IMG/VR virus record: IMGVR_UViG_3300044675_001501
Span: 1-64,000 of that record
Source of the DNA: a virus
Lineage: Duplodnaviria > Heunggongvirae > Uroviricota > Caudoviricetes
DNA: 64,000 nt
Direction: 5' to 3' (one strand)
Shown here piece by piece: positions 39,501 to 48,400 of this stretch (positions are counted from its first letter, which is position 1; every line of letters starts with the position of its first letter). The translations under genes were made by a program, and so were the position numbers. Under the pieces are notes generated by a model. That model did no database searches and was not told the origin of the DNA. It saw nothing but the letters and a program-made list of their open reading frames with translations.

Positions 39501-39899
39501 TCTTGCTCTGTATGTAAACGATGTTGATGATGGAGTTGTTAAAACAACGTATGTACCGTCAGCAAACTGTAGATTAGCACCTTTAACAATAATTGAGTTA
39601 CCAACAACAAGACCATGATCCTCAGAAGTGGTAACTGTGATCGTGTTGCTTCCTGAGATTGCAGTCATTGTTAAAATGCTTAAACTCAAAGAACCATCTC
39701 GAGCAAAGAAAGTAGGAATATTATTGATGAGCTCTAAAGTTTCCCACTTTGAAGATTGCAAACCGTATTCGAAGTCAGTATCAATTAAGTTAGATGGCTC
39801 AGAGACACGCATCTTAGACACTGGGTCATAGATGGTCTCATTAGGTTCAATATAAACTGAACCAGCGATTCTGTTTGCTTTTAATACGTCAAGAGACAT
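30558..39899 (-). CDS. giant virion structural/fibre protein (3113 aa), paralog of 45419..55813
   Basis: Uninterrupted 9.3 kb ORF. Thr/Gly/Ser/Ala/Asn-rich fibrous composition. The N-terminal ~150 aa and C-terminal ~700 aa are conserved with the second giant ORF ('RVVRQTRKYFRYQSGKGIQVS', 'VRCGLFDDQNGMFFEY', 'SWYGAGKVRFGFKT', ending 'SWTESQA'). Confidence 0.85.
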   Translation of the reverse strand: MSLDVLKANRIAGSVYIEPNETIYDPVSKMRVSEPSNLIDTDFEYGLQSSKWETLELINNIPTFFARDGSLSLSILTMTAISGSNTITVTTSEDHGLVVGNSIIVKGANLQFADGTYVVLTTPSSTSFTYRARRTSPITGSVRESSTEIYLASLYQGTEFKLESLGAIATDGESPSTITITTNGPHGFAIGTTFILLNSLTSQQITFDSTLVTSLIYTENQAILRTDDAVVTDNNGYTDKAYVTFGTSGITDPGTLGMTLIIDGDATTSNVGIDEGVYRVLFPESMPFKIFDQTFDRVWVTSNSTIHFTNSTSVIGNGPAVDVAAWNGVDNNNTYSPKINFLTGDFNLKKLYFSTTTTSLRIRWEGKEFQDGSTNTTIIWEVTFDCENDTIDARLIKADLVNYSLSSLTFSIRGPNNEAVNATFTGDVFLDPQQSWKRQLFIRTTSSNETVSSSNGYSENSLDLDNTSKFNPYTWTAEKYNFNPAGASRPTLFFTLGKNAADLLEHKGVNDTNYIASTRANVITFASSHGLIDNRPYLYNMGALNGGLTIGGSQITAPTVYYVRTKPGFYNGNTTTGTATLNQTGSTTSFSISGNVLTVNATVTGTAFDLGAYLSDTNGHVPAGTYITARGTGTGAAGTYTINRYLNIPVISGNSLNAERNIVTVAATANMTPGMAIRFVPGTAVTPYLSTHIQGPTVSAGHFTVGQQYTIAALGTTTQPQWNTIAGTSGVTYAVGSTFTAATNGAASGTGTANGSLAGILGNTTYYVKDVLSGTQITISDTPTTDVNDSSATPKQFTNPVAMGTATAASFTAQIGTIITDSTTQCVLVTQANRRTALSVNFGVQAAASRFPLATDRFGPHSFMAAARVHDYQTASGTMFVQCLDTLNSAILDNQPLAVWTTAIGGTTAFTNNWTPAQLPNIVYARNPNSDTHQSQVTLPFGATNGSNSAPGNANFSSYSGPNGELDGAIGTIALAAQDAATLSLTFDEGAFTTITGTAVTTNVITVSSTTGMKAGQMFEVDASVGGLSSGQLYYIVSVLSGTTLTVSTTRGGALATLSTTSAQRVSCYSYGPLPVVKTDVMSGFLGATNVTTIATNTTAGTNRLTLHTTQGLAVNQPFTVGASFGNIVSGTTYYVKTIESSADITLSSTQGGATFTLATASNAGALFTGTPLRNTPKGHQIVLRNNTGLYQSYEVSPFGEFPGSTVNPVGMITNHTGTTTRTLTIKLKNPLNNSLAVQTNNVGFDLYGSASSDILTFNLSTTVSGSNLTLSGTSVDGYVVPINYTQPWSTGRSWYSKSHGFQNGELVFWEASGGTQAAASVPTGLTNRSYFIVDSATTDRFKLLSDAGSALAVTSAAGAHLDTANAFADKTLTNVNTTFDTAYWNWKTAAVASGGTSMTISYPSSAWSTTANIVVPTITAGANTFTFTSAARIAGGSALANVAHHGGLIKFFDANNQPLKMGTPWGPNTALTLNQKVFWNNNLYNVSVAGTTSTSAPSHTSGAVSDGTAELTYIGDSRFNAYDIRVGAVSGTAPALSVIVYVMTPGGLPGTFSTISTAKVVIDTGHGVRDEDNLAIGTSWLQSVWAHPKDNSYFPLVGSQITDYFEITKIPSTTLKRGSITAITVGETNSITYTFPSNSVNIASIRRDNNVATVTTAVPHGFKIGTQVAIASVTDTTFNNATAVILQATFNTFTYANSGTNGAVSTNGTASQLIPALNPQILAITAFTSNSTAVATTAAHSVPVGAVVPIHFQGFAAPASPWYALWDHKIYYAKSATSTTLEIYKDAEATEPLNTSAFAAYNNGTDVGRIYFLGAKLSFVGNNHYFTRRASNTAGDTIYKQNHGLNNGTSVTYATGGGSEVGGLTSGSTKFVFNSTTDRFQLADTLTGWDTAAISFTQNTTNLATATGVITTGTHGFTTGRLVQYLSATPATGLTNGAFYYVRADSTTTCTLYWTQLGAINNTADDRVKFVGTPSGTGSLRQSTVVDITAEGTGASHTMTTGVTTGAIDGLYTVANNAPGGATNKFTLNNPNNAVVPKRVLGINPQINVDFNWNAIYSVGHKLITGTPVLYTASGTPFGPLISNTTYYIIKITEDWFRLAATVADAVNPIVVPINLNSGNFLGSGTHQFEAASVVGSIVGAGTIALAAGTTKVVGNNTNFSTAFKSGDNFYWNYPAVYTAKTTTFVSSTFTSAAHGMLTGMSVRWNSTVAAPTGLINGGIYYVRWASAADFNLAPTYNDAVNGTNLIVASGGSGVHTVSLIVPGNTGVSLISTVNSRTVLNLVDTIPINEQYKLPVTSISLTSASPDITVAFPMPCPFPAGSVIVLTGTGNTTQIDNIPLIVKTNAGSNSTSIVVTMQTNAAATATIPATTTASTVNAINCHGFPATNTYDVTSSLLLRADSSALHRPYDGGVELISTDSPNARVVRQTRKYFRYQSGKGIQVSFAINFSPSVPINSVTGNSNYYATVTTRVPHRCTAGLDITISGDTGSTYNGSFTIYDIIDDYSFRISLNFPYSNVSSGRPQFYVNSWNNATVRCGLFDDQNGMFFEYNGSTLSVCRRNSTVQLGGTASVIFNSNQIVGTGTQYVTELVSGDYVVIKGQSYKVIEIPNNNTFYVQPSYRGSTSTNVVVSKTNEIRVPQSSWNLDVCNGSGPTGYTLDIRKIQMAYMDYSWYGAGKVRFGFKTTDGVVRYVHQIVHNNLETEAYLRSGNLPARYEVDTGVSPSFIPKLAHWGTSVIMDGGFDDDKAYLFSATSNQIRTSTGTSGTISVTGGTQASVSQTFTANNLVIGRSYTINTAGSTTWTSYGAANNNVGTSFVCTAVAPSLAAAGGVTAGNAFELGKWYAYNNGGKLIGEIGFAIEIPTHADTYFSINANSGISGNGIVAGTLTANPTNSSIGSQPYLRQVRVSPTSNILKNLLVVNARPSSIQATNTTYTVSQAVDLTKTIPLLSLRLSPSVDNGIPGLLGEREIINRMQLNLKALDVLSTHEIELSLVLNADLDNLDWKRVTAPSLSQVVYHNISDTIDQGSVIFSFRVPPGNQLTTPNNRAQALTSIDLREIATLGNSIMGGNGVFPDGPDVLTLRMRYIGLASDVTAAATFAASCRLSWTESQA

Positions 39900-39927
39900 T
39901 TTTTCTCCAATTTTCCAATAGTTTTAT

Positions 39928-39935
39928 TATTTATG
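39928..39935 (-). promoter_or_regulatory. late promoter-like CATAAATA upstream of giant ORF 1
   Basis: NATAAATA form 29 nt upstream of the ATG at 39899. Confidence 0.4.
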
Positions 39936-41622
39936 TTCCACCACGAACCTTAAACACATTATAGCGAATAACGATTCTATCATCTGGATTTGGCGCTTCT
40001 GTAAAAATTAAAGTGCTACCAGAAGTGTAGTACGAATAAGAAGATCCTGGTGTTTGAGGAACGCCACCAACAGTAACAAATATCTCGTCTTCAGCCATCG
40101 CAGCAGCTAATGCGTATGAGGTTGTAGTTCCGTCACCAGTGTATATAGTTCTACTATATTTAGGCGTAAATTCTAACGCAGAACCAGAAGAATTTAATAG
40201 TGGAGTTGCCGCACTTAATCTTAAAGATGTTGCGTTAATCGTTCCAACAACATCTAATGGAAAAACTGCTGTAGTGTTTAAAGTTCTTGGTGTGCTGGCT
40301 GTTCCACTAGAAGTACCATTTACTGGGCTTAGAGCAACTGACAGATAATAATAAAAACCAGAAACTTGTCCATACGCACCACCAGAGGCATTAGCTGTTG
40401 CTAGAGAGTTTGTTCTAGCGGTAGTAAATGTTGAGCTATGAGTTCTTGTGTTAGCTGAAGGTACAGTCTCAACCAGAAACCATGATGTGCTAAATGAAGT
40501 TTTTCTATAAACTTTATATGATGTTGCGCCAGTAACAGCACTCCATGTTACTGTTGCTGTGTGGCTAGTTGGTGATGCGCCAGCGGAATAAAAGCGAGAT
40601 GAGGTTGCGGTTCCTATGGTTTCTCCGTATGCATTAACTGCTGTAACTGCAAAGGAGACCAAAATTGCTCCAGTAGAATTAAGAGAAGAACCAGTTGCAT
40701 ATGTTATAGATGTTTCGCTTAATGATGTAACTGCGCTACTACCAGTAATATGTAAATTACCACCTCTAATACCACCTGCAACTTTTAATGCACCAGCAGA
40801 AGATGTTGAAGGTGTTGTGCTACCTAGAGTTATGTCTCCAGTTGGACCATCAATACTAAATTTTGTTGTTAAAATATCTACATCAACCAAAGTGCCAGTT
40901 GTTTCGCTAACAAGAAGAGGGTATAATGTTCCAGTTGCGTTTGTGGTGTCAGTAATAGCAATAGCATCTGAAGACTGAACCCACTGAACTCCTGTCCCTG
41001 TTGATTTAAGAACATAATTATTAGTTCCAGCGCTACCACCAGCAGTAATTGTTCCAGTTAGGATTAAATTGTTTATTGTTTTACCACTTAGACTTTGCGT
41101 GGAGTCAGTGTCTACAATTGTTTTTCTACCAGTAGCGGTGCCGATGGTTAGAATATTATCATCTGTATCCCAGAAGATAGAACCTTCCGCAGTTTGCGCA
41201 GCGGAAGCACCTTGAGGTAAAACAAGAGAACCTGCTGCTGCATCAATTGTTGGGTTGTTGATTGTTGGGGATGTTAAAGTTTTGTTTGTTAAAGTTTGTG
41301 TATGATCTTTAAAAACAAATTCATCGTTACCAGATAATATTGGTAACGTAATTGTTCTTGTTCCATCCAACTCTCCGACTGCAAACTGGTAAAAATGATC
41401 ACCAGTAGTATCCCCGATCTTAGGGAGAGTCAATACTTTGTTGGATAAAGTTTGCGATGTGTTTGTTCCGACTAAGGTAGTTGTTACCTGTGGAAGAGTA
41501 AGAATCTTGTCACTGTCAACAATAATCCCATTACCTGTTAGGTCTAGATTATCGCCAGAGGCAAGTTCTTCAATTGTGTTGGTTTGTCCAGATTTAACTA
41601 TTAGAGGAAAACGATTTGCCAT
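39931..41622 (-). CDS. tail-fibre-like protein with FN3-like domain (563 aa)
   Basis: Fibrous composition. FN3-like 'TVTWSAVTGATSYKVYR'. N-terminus 'MANRF..' related to the neighbouring fibre genes. Confidence 0.6.
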   Translation of the reverse strand: MANRFPLIVKSGQTNTIEELASGDNLDLTGNGIIVDSDKILTLPQVTTTLVGTNTSQTLSNKVLTLPKIGDTTGDHFYQFAVGELDGTRTITLPILSGNDEFVFKDHTQTLTNKTLTSPTINNPTIDAAAGSLVLPQGASAAQTAEGSIFWDTDDNILTIGTATGRKTIVDTDSTQSLSGKTINNLILTGTITAGGSAGTNNYVLKSTGTGVQWVQSSDAIAITDTTNATGTLYPLLVSETTGTLVDVDILTTKFSIDGPTGDITLGSTTPSTSSAGALKVAGGIRGGNLHITGSSAVTSLSETSITYATGSSLNSTGAILVSFAVTAVNAYGETIGTATSSRFYSAGASPTSHTATVTWSAVTGATSYKVYRKTSFSTSWFLVETVPSANTRTHSSTFTTARTNSLATANASGGAYGQVSGFYYYLSVALSPVNGTSSGTASTPRTLNTTAVFPLDVVGTINATSLRLSAATPLLNSSGSALEFTPKYSRTIYTGDGTTTSYALAAAMAEDEIFVTVGGVPQTPGSSYSYYTSGSTLIFTEAPNPDDRIVIRYNVFKVRGGT

Positions 41623-41924
41623 TATACTGCCACTCCTACGACTCCAGTTGGGCTAGTGGATGTCCTAACAATTATTCCTAGAACCCCAGAAGTCACAGAA
41701 ACTACTACAGCATCTTCTTGTAGTAAATCTCCCCTTTGATACACTCTTAATGACGAGGAGCCGCCACCAGCCCCACCGCCAATTAATCCAACCGTGTTAT
41801 TTTGATTTTTGTAATACAGTTTACCGTCAGCGTAGTTGAGAGCCAACTCACCGTATTCTAAGTCTGTATTTAGTGGTATCTTTCCAACTATACTAGACTT
41901 CTTAAGTATAATTCTGTTTGCCAT
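41622..41924 (-). CDS. small fibre-associated protein with conserved 'GELALNYADGKLYYK' N-terminal motif
   Basis: This motif is typical of phage tail-fibre N-termini. The ORF is coupled to the downstream gene. Confidence 0.5.
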   Translation of the reverse strand: MANRIILKKSSIVGKIPLNTDLEYGELALNYADGKLYYKNQNNTVGLIGGGAGGGSSSLRVYQRGDLLQEDAVVVSVTSGVLGIIVRTSTSPTGVVGVAV

Positions 41925-41986
41925 TATAATCCTTAAAAAAGGGTATCACTGAATGATGTGGAGTAAAAACTCCATAATGCTTTTAT

Positions 41987-44146
41987 TTAGTAAGTGCCAC
42001 CTTCAATATTAAATCCGTCAATGTCAGAAGTTGCAGCGCCAGCACCAATGATATCTGCAGCAGTTCTAATATTTTTTAGAATACCCAAACCACCAGCAAT
42101 AACAACAGAAGCAGCAGTAGTTGATGTAGCTTCAGTCGTATCAGCGATTGCCATTTTACCAAATCTAACATTACCATAAATTCCAGTTACGCGAGGGTCG
42201 AATGTTGATCCAGTTTCTGCAGCATCAGCAATAAAAACAAATTCAGATAGCGAATCATCATAACCGAAGAAACCATGTTTAGCCATTCCAGCGCCAGACG
42301 AATCATACCAGTGAAACTTAATACCACGATCTAAGTTGTCGTCAGATATAGCATCAAGTTCTCCACCTAAAGTGAAGATTGGGTCATCAATTGCAATCTG
42401 TGTAGAATTAATGGTAGTAGTTGTACCATCAACTTGCAAGTTACCTTTGATGATAACAGTACCACCGTTATCGTTTACTGGAGCTGGATCAAGATAGAGA
42501 GTGTTACTATTATCAGTAGTAGAAATTGTATTACCATCAATTCGAATGTTATCGATATTCGCTTGACCAGTAATTGTTACAGTAGAATCATTACCAGAAC
42601 CAGCAGTTCCTCTAATGGTTACTGTATTAGAATTTAGAATTGTTTCAGCAGTTGTAGCAATAATGCTATTGTTTGTGCCTGTGGCATCGATAGTTACATT
42701 AGTTGCATTAACGTCTAAGGTTGTTACATTAACTTCAACCTCGTCTGACGCTACAGTTGTCTTAACTGAAGAAGTTAATGATAAGTTATCTGTGCTAGAA
42801 GAACCAACTAAAATTTGAGCAGCACCAGTCCCAGAATTTATTGCATCAATTGTAAGAGTTTTAGTTGCTGCGCTGTTGGTTGTAATTGTTAAATTAGAAC
42901 TATCGGTTGCATCGATAGAAATAGAAGTAGCGTCTAATGTAAATAGATTCTTTACATTAACATCCATGTTGGCATCGCCAACAGAGTTATCAGATTTTAA
43001 CTCATAGGTGATTGCAGTGCCAGTAGCGGCATCAACACCCATAGTTGTTGTATTGCTACCAGTGATAGAAACTGTAGTGCCATAAATTGTTGTCGCTACT
43101 CTTGCGCCAGACGCACCGATTGTTGTTGCGCTATCAATCTGAACTGTACCGTCAACCTCAAGATTTCCAAGAACATGAGCATTATGGTTTATTGTTGTTG
43201 TACCAGTGTTAGCACCGATGCTAACAGTTGAGGCTCCCAAGAACGCATTAACGGTAGATGGACCATCATTAGTTAGTGATGCTTCTGTGTCTTTATTTAA
43301 TAAGTTGAATGTTGACTGATTAGAATATAAGTCACCACCATTAATAGCGAAGTCGCCAGAAATAATCTGCGCACCAGTTACAGCGAAGTCGCCTTGGACA
43401 TTCAAGTTACCTGCGATACCAACTCCACCATCAACAACCAAAGCACCATTATTATATGCTGTTGAAGCTGTTGTTGCGTTAATATTAACAGTAGCAATCT
43501 TAGATTCGATATCTAGACTGTTGGTGTCAACAGCCATCGCAAGAGTGCCATCAGTATAGAATCTTAATGTATCATCAGATCCTGCTGGTGTGCTTTCTGC
43601 AGTAATATATGTCAAACCATCTACTGAGCGAACACCACCAAGCGATGACCAGTTTGAACCAGAGTAACCTTCAAATTGAGAGATTTCACTATTATAGCGA
43701 ATAGCACCCTGAACTGCTGGACCTTGTTGCGCTGATGTTCCTACTGGAATTACAACACCATTAGTTCCGATAATATGAACGTAACCAGTGCCAGCTGGAT
43801 CTAATTCAATATTACCATTGGTATCAGTAGAAGAAATCTTATTACCATTGATAGTAATATTATCAACATTTAATTCATCAATTTTCTTATTAGCATCAAC
43901 AATAATTGCAGAGTTTGCAGTTAGAGTTCCGTGTACATGATCAAGTAGGTCAGTAAAATATTTACCACCGATAACATAAGTATTAGCAGCATTACCTGCA
44001 GTTTCTGGACCAAAACCTATGTATAATCTATCACCACCGTTTGCTTGCGTACCACCTGCAGCAGAGTATGCCAATTCACCATTGGCTAATGGTGTTGGCG
44101 CAGAAGCTGCTGTGCCAGAACGCTTGATACGAATAATTGATGCCAT
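41987..44146 (-). CDS. beta-helix-like tail fibre protein (719 aa)
   Basis: N-terminal 'ANGELAYSA...RLYIG' motif. Long Thr/Asn/Gly/Ile-rich repeats. Confidence 0.6.
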   Translation of the reverse strand: MASIIRIKRSGTAASAPTPLANGELAYSAAGGTQANGGDRLYIGFGPETAGNAANTYVIGGKYFTDLLDHVHGTLTANSAIIVDANKKIDELNVDNITINGNKISSTDTNGNIELDPAGTGYVHIIGTNGVVIPVGTSAQQGPAVQGAIRYNSEISQFEGYSGSNWSSLGGVRSVDGLTYITAESTPAGSDDTLRFYTDGTLAMAVDTNSLDIESKIATVNINATTASTAYNNGALVVDGGVGIAGNLNVQGDFAVTGAQIISGDFAINGGDLYSNQSTFNLLNKDTEASLTNDGPSTVNAFLGASTVSIGANTGTTTINHNAHVLGNLEVDGTVQIDSATTIGASGARVATTIYGTTVSITGSNTTTMGVDAATGTAITYELKSDNSVGDANMDVNVKNLFTLDATSISIDATDSSNLTITTNSAATKTLTIDAINSGTGAAQILVGSSSTDNLSLTSSVKTTVASDEVEVNVTTLDVNATNVTIDATGTNNSIIATTAETILNSNTVTIRGTAGSGNDSTVTITGQANIDNIRIDGNTISTTDNSNTLYLDPAPVNDNGGTVIIKGNLQVDGTTTTINSTQIAIDDPIFTLGGELDAISDDNLDRGIKFHWYDSSGAGMAKHGFFGYDDSLSEFVFIADAAETGSTFDPRVTGIYGNVRFGKMAIADTTEATSTTAASVVIAGGLGILKNIRTAADIIGAGAATSDIDGFNIEGGTY

Positions 44147-44160
44147 CTACTTATCTCCGA

Positions 44161-44421
44161 TTAAAAATTTCCGCCATCCATGTCTTGAGCCACGAGGTTT
44201 CTTGACGCAACCCACTTAGTCGCTGGGACATTGTATATTAATAAAGAACCTGTCTCTAAGTTTGAAGAGTCTACGTTAGCAGCCTGTTCTATGGTAAATT
44301 CTTGAAGTGCACCAGAAACACCCTGTATACCAACACTTGGAACTTGAACCTGAGCACCAATAGCGCTTATGGTGGCTGGTATATTCTGTGTTTGAGAAAC
44401 TTTTGCTTTTATGTTACTCAT
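44161..44421 (-). CDS. small virion protein (86 aa)
   Basis: ORF in the fibre cluster. Overlaps its neighbour. Confidence 0.4.
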   Translation of the reverse strand: MSNIKAKVSQTQNIPATISAIGAQVQVPSVGIQGVSGALQEFTIEQAANVDSSNLETGSLLIYNVPATKWVASRNLVAQDMDGGNF

Positions 44422-44756
44422 CTTGTTATCTCTGGCGATATTACTACTATACCTTCCAACACTCTATATTTATCTTGAGTTGTTGTATTTGTTATTTCTA
44501 TATCATAAAGGTATCTTCCTGCTCTCATAGCGGAAGATACCGATGGAGTTAACTGTAGTCTAATCTGACCATTTGTTGGCGTTCCATACACAGATGCTGT
44601 AAAATTAGTAAAGGTTGAAGATTGATATGACTTTCTTATTTGAGCCTGAATGGTAAACCCAGTTAGATTCATAGGACTTCCGTCCTGATTTGTCAAATCA
44701 ATAATCGTACTAAATGTTGTTCCCTGATCAATATACAGATTAGATATTGTTGCCAC
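44418..44756 (-). CDS. small structural protein (112 aa)
   Basis: ORF preceded by an AATAAATA late-promoter-like motif and a GGAGAA RBS. Confidence 0.45.
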   Translation of the reverse strand: MATISNLYIDQGTTFSTIIDLTNQDGSPMNLTGFTIQAQIRKSYQSSTFTNFTASVYGTPTNGQIRLQLTPSVSSAMRAGRYLYDIEITNTTTQDKYRVLEGIVVISPEITR

Positions 44757-44773
44757 TTAATTCTCCACTCTCT

Positions 44774-44781
44774 TATTTATT
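44774..44781 (-). promoter_or_regulatory. late promoter-like AATAAATA upstream of 44418..44756
   Basis: NATAAATA form. Short leader with a GGAGAA RBS. Confidence 0.35.
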
Positions 44782-44782
44782 A

Positions 44783-45409
44783 TTATGCAAAGTTGTGGTT
44801 TTCACCGTAGACCCAACCTCTTGCCTCATTATAATAAACAAAAACTCTAGCCTCTCTGGAATCGTTTAGCACAGGATTATCTGTTGACCCAGCCAGCTTT
44901 TTACCATTTAGGTTGATTGTGCAGTTGTTTGTTGCAAAAGTTCCAGCGGCATCAACTATCTTAATAGTATCTCCCATTGAAGCTGTTGCTGGGAATGTAA
45001 CCACAATAGCACCAGCTGTGGTGTTAACGAAATAGTATCCACCAGCTACAGCTGTAAAGTTTGCAGTTTTCTCTTCCCACTGCCCGACGCTAGATCTAGA
45101 AATAGATTGCGCCAGTTTATCTCTTGTAATAGCTCCGTCTGCTACGCTCGGAACGAGGAATTGTTTACCAAGGAAGATGATAAAAACATTACCATTGTTT
45201 ACTGGGGGAGTCGTAAAAACAATTTGACTCCCACCAGATGTAATGTTAAAATCCCTGCCTGGTTTTTGGACTTGCCCATTTCTCACAACAAGCAAAGAAG
45301 CAGCGTTGGAAACCTTATAATCTAAATCAAAAGTCGTAGTTGAACCATCGACTGGAGGTGTTTGCACCTCAAAAATTCCATAACTTGGTTCTCTTCCTAG
45401 ATATGCCAT
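44783..45409 (-). CDS. tail-fibre N-terminal-domain protein (208 aa)
   Basis: N-terminus 'MAYLGREP...DGSTTTFDL...VVRNGQVQKPGRDF' is shared with the N-terminus of the 1183-aa repeat protein ('MAYIGN...GDGVQRTFLL'). Confidence 0.5.
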   Translation of the reverse strand: MAYLGREPSYGIFEVQTPPVDGSTTTFDLDYKVSNAASLLVVRNGQVQKPGRDFNITSGGSQIVFTTPPVNNGNVFIIFLGKQFLVPSVADGAITRDKLAQSISRSSVGQWEEKTANFTAVAGGYYFVNTTAGAIVVTFPATASMGDTIKIVDAAGTFATNNCTINLNGKKLAGSTDNPVLNDSREARVFVYYNEARGWVYGENHNFA

Positions 45410-45418
45410 TCTAACCTC

Positions 45419-48400
45419 TTATGCCTGTGATTCTGACCAAGTAATACGAGCGGATGCTTGGAACGGAGCAGAACCATTGATAGTTGATGTATCAATTGGT
45501 GTCGCTGTAATAGTCAAGATATCTGGACCGTTAGGGAATGTTTCGTCACCGCCCAAGATCGAGTTACCTAGCTGAGCAACTTCACCAAGCTCTGCTGTTG
45601 TCTGAACTAAACTACGCTGACCAGTTGTTGCGCTAATAATAGAACCACCAGAAGCACGGAACGAGAATAACTGAATACCGTTCTTAATGGTTTCTCCTGG
45701 TGAATGTCTATAGATTTGCGACAATGAAGGAGCAGTATTATTAACGAAGTTACTGTCTGACAAATCAGAGTTCAAGAATAGTTTAATCTCAGATTCATGT
45801 GTCAATAGAACACCGCAAGAGTTTAGAGTCAGTTGCATTCTGTTAATGACATCTCGGAAACCAAGACCTCCAGTTAATCCGTTATCTACAGAAGGGGCAA
45901 GACGGATAGAAACTAGAGGAACTGGAGCAAGAGCAGAAATTGACTGATTACTTGTTCCACCACCAACAATAAAGTTTTGACCACTAGCGCCAACTCCAGT
46001 GATATTGTTTCTAAATCTTTGTGTTAATATGACTCTACTATTTGTGGTTCCTGCAACAATAGAAACAGATTTAACTAAAGTGTTTGCTGGTAAATAGAAG
46101 TTATTAAAATCATTCTGAACAGAAACACTAGAACCAACAATAAACTTAGATGAGTTAGCGTTAGTTACAAGGATAAAATCGTCTCCTCTGTTGATATTAG
46201 TGCTTGCTAATGATGCAACAATCTGAGTACCACCATTCGTTAGCGTAATAACATTAGAGTCAGCAGTAAACAAGTATGCTTTATCGTCATCGAAACGACC
46301 ATCCATAATAACAGAAGTACCCCAGTGGAATAGTTGTGGAGAGAATGTTGGTTCGCCGAATGTTACAACTTCGTAACGTGCTGGGATATTACCAGAACGC
46401 ATATATGCTTCAACGAATTCATTGTTGTGGATAAACTCATGGAAGTAGCGAACTTCACCACGCTGGTCTTTAACACCAAAGCGAATCTTACCAGCACCAT
46501 ACCAAGAGTAGTCAATGTATACCATCTGAATCTTATTAAGGTCTAGGACATAACCGCTTCTTCCGTTTCCGTCTGCCTTATCAAGAGTCCATTGATTTTG
46601 CGGTACTTTTGTATCAATTGTTTTGGTTCCAATAATGTTGGTTAGAGTTGATCCGCGATATTCTGGTTGAATATACATTTGAGTATCACTATCAATTCCA
46701 ATAATTTTGTAAGACATACCACGAATAACAACATATTCTCCAACACTTAGTTGCGTTGTAAATTTAGTTTTTTCTCCAGTGATCAAAGAAGAACGATATG
46801 TTGCATTAATTCTTCCAGAAATCTGCTGGATAGAACTTCTTCTAACGCAATATAACTGCTGTCCATCATACTCAAAGAACATACCGTTTTGAGTGTCAAA
46901 TAAACCACAGCGAACCGCAGCGTCTTTCCAAGAAACTAAGTTAAACTTAGGGAATCCATAAGCAACCGAAGATCCATTCTGTCTGTAGATAGGTAGTCTA
47001 ATTTGTTTTATTACAGTTCCAGAATTCTCTGTTATGTTTACACCCGCTTGAGTATAAGTGAATGTTGTTGAATCAACAACTGTTACTGGAGCAGAGAATC
47101 CATTGAAGTTTGCGCCAACACCAGTGCCAGAGATAGAGATATAATTTCCTGTTACAAGACCGTGACTTGATGAAGTAACAACTGTTACAGTGTCATTTAA
47201 TCTTGAGATAGAAGAAATTCCAACTGTTGGTGAACTTCCTACAACAGTGTTAGACAATGTCAAAACTTTAGTATTTGTATTTACATCAGTAATGATTGTG
47301 TTTGCTGGAATTGTTATACCGCCATATGTTCCTGCTTTTATTGTTTTTCCAACTGCAACACCATTCAAATTCCAAACTGAACCGATAGTATTAGTTCCAT
47401 TTGTCACTGTTCCAAATAATGGTGTGTCTTCATAAACATATGTAAAGGTATACTCGTCAACAACTTCTAAAATATCAAATTGACCATTATAACCATTATG
47501 CCCAGAAGCAACTGTTGCTTCTGAAACTCTTATTCTATTAGTTGTTCCTGGTTTAAATCCATGAGGCGAGTCAACCTTAATCTTAGCAATATTCTCATTA
47601 GATGTAAGCTCTTCGCAATCTGTTGGTGGGTTAAAGTTAATAGCAATAGAAACTTGAATACCCTTACCAGATTGATAGCGGAAATACTTACGAGTCTGAC
47701 GAACTACGCTAGAGTCAGGAACTAGACCAGTAGTCATAGTAACTCCACCATCGAATGGACGATGAGCAGTAGTAGCATTAGACTTAACGTAAATGTTAGT
47801 GTTAATAAAGTATTCAAAAACTGGTTGAATAGAAATTGCATTACCAGCAGCAAAACTTGAATTTAAGTATTCACTAATTGTCAATATGTTACCATTAATT
47901 GCAGTAATTCTGGTATTTGCTTTAAATCTTCCGTTACTATCGAATAGGTAGTAACCAACAGCTAAATCAGCAGCATTGTTTACTGTTATAGTTTGAGATC
48001 CAGTTGTTACTGCTGCGCCAGCTGATACTGTTCTATCAATAATCAAATTAACCTTAACAATTGCGTCAGGAGTAATAGGAGATCTCAACTTAATTGAAGT
48101 ATCAGACTTAACAGAAGAAATGATATAGTTAAAGATTTTACCTGGATTAGCTGCAGTATAGAAACGTAGAACGTCACCACCCTTAAAGTTTGTTAAGAAC
48201 TTAGTTCCGATACCTGTAATAATGTCAGATTCTTCAGTAACAACTACTGTACCCAATCCTCTAGTTAAACCAACAATAGAGTAAGTATCAAAGCTCTGAG
48301 ATCCATTAGTTCCAGCAGTCAAATCGATTGTTGTTGGAGTTGGAGAAACAGCCTCATCGAATGTTGGCGCCAACTTAACAAAGTTAGGGTCAACAACAAC

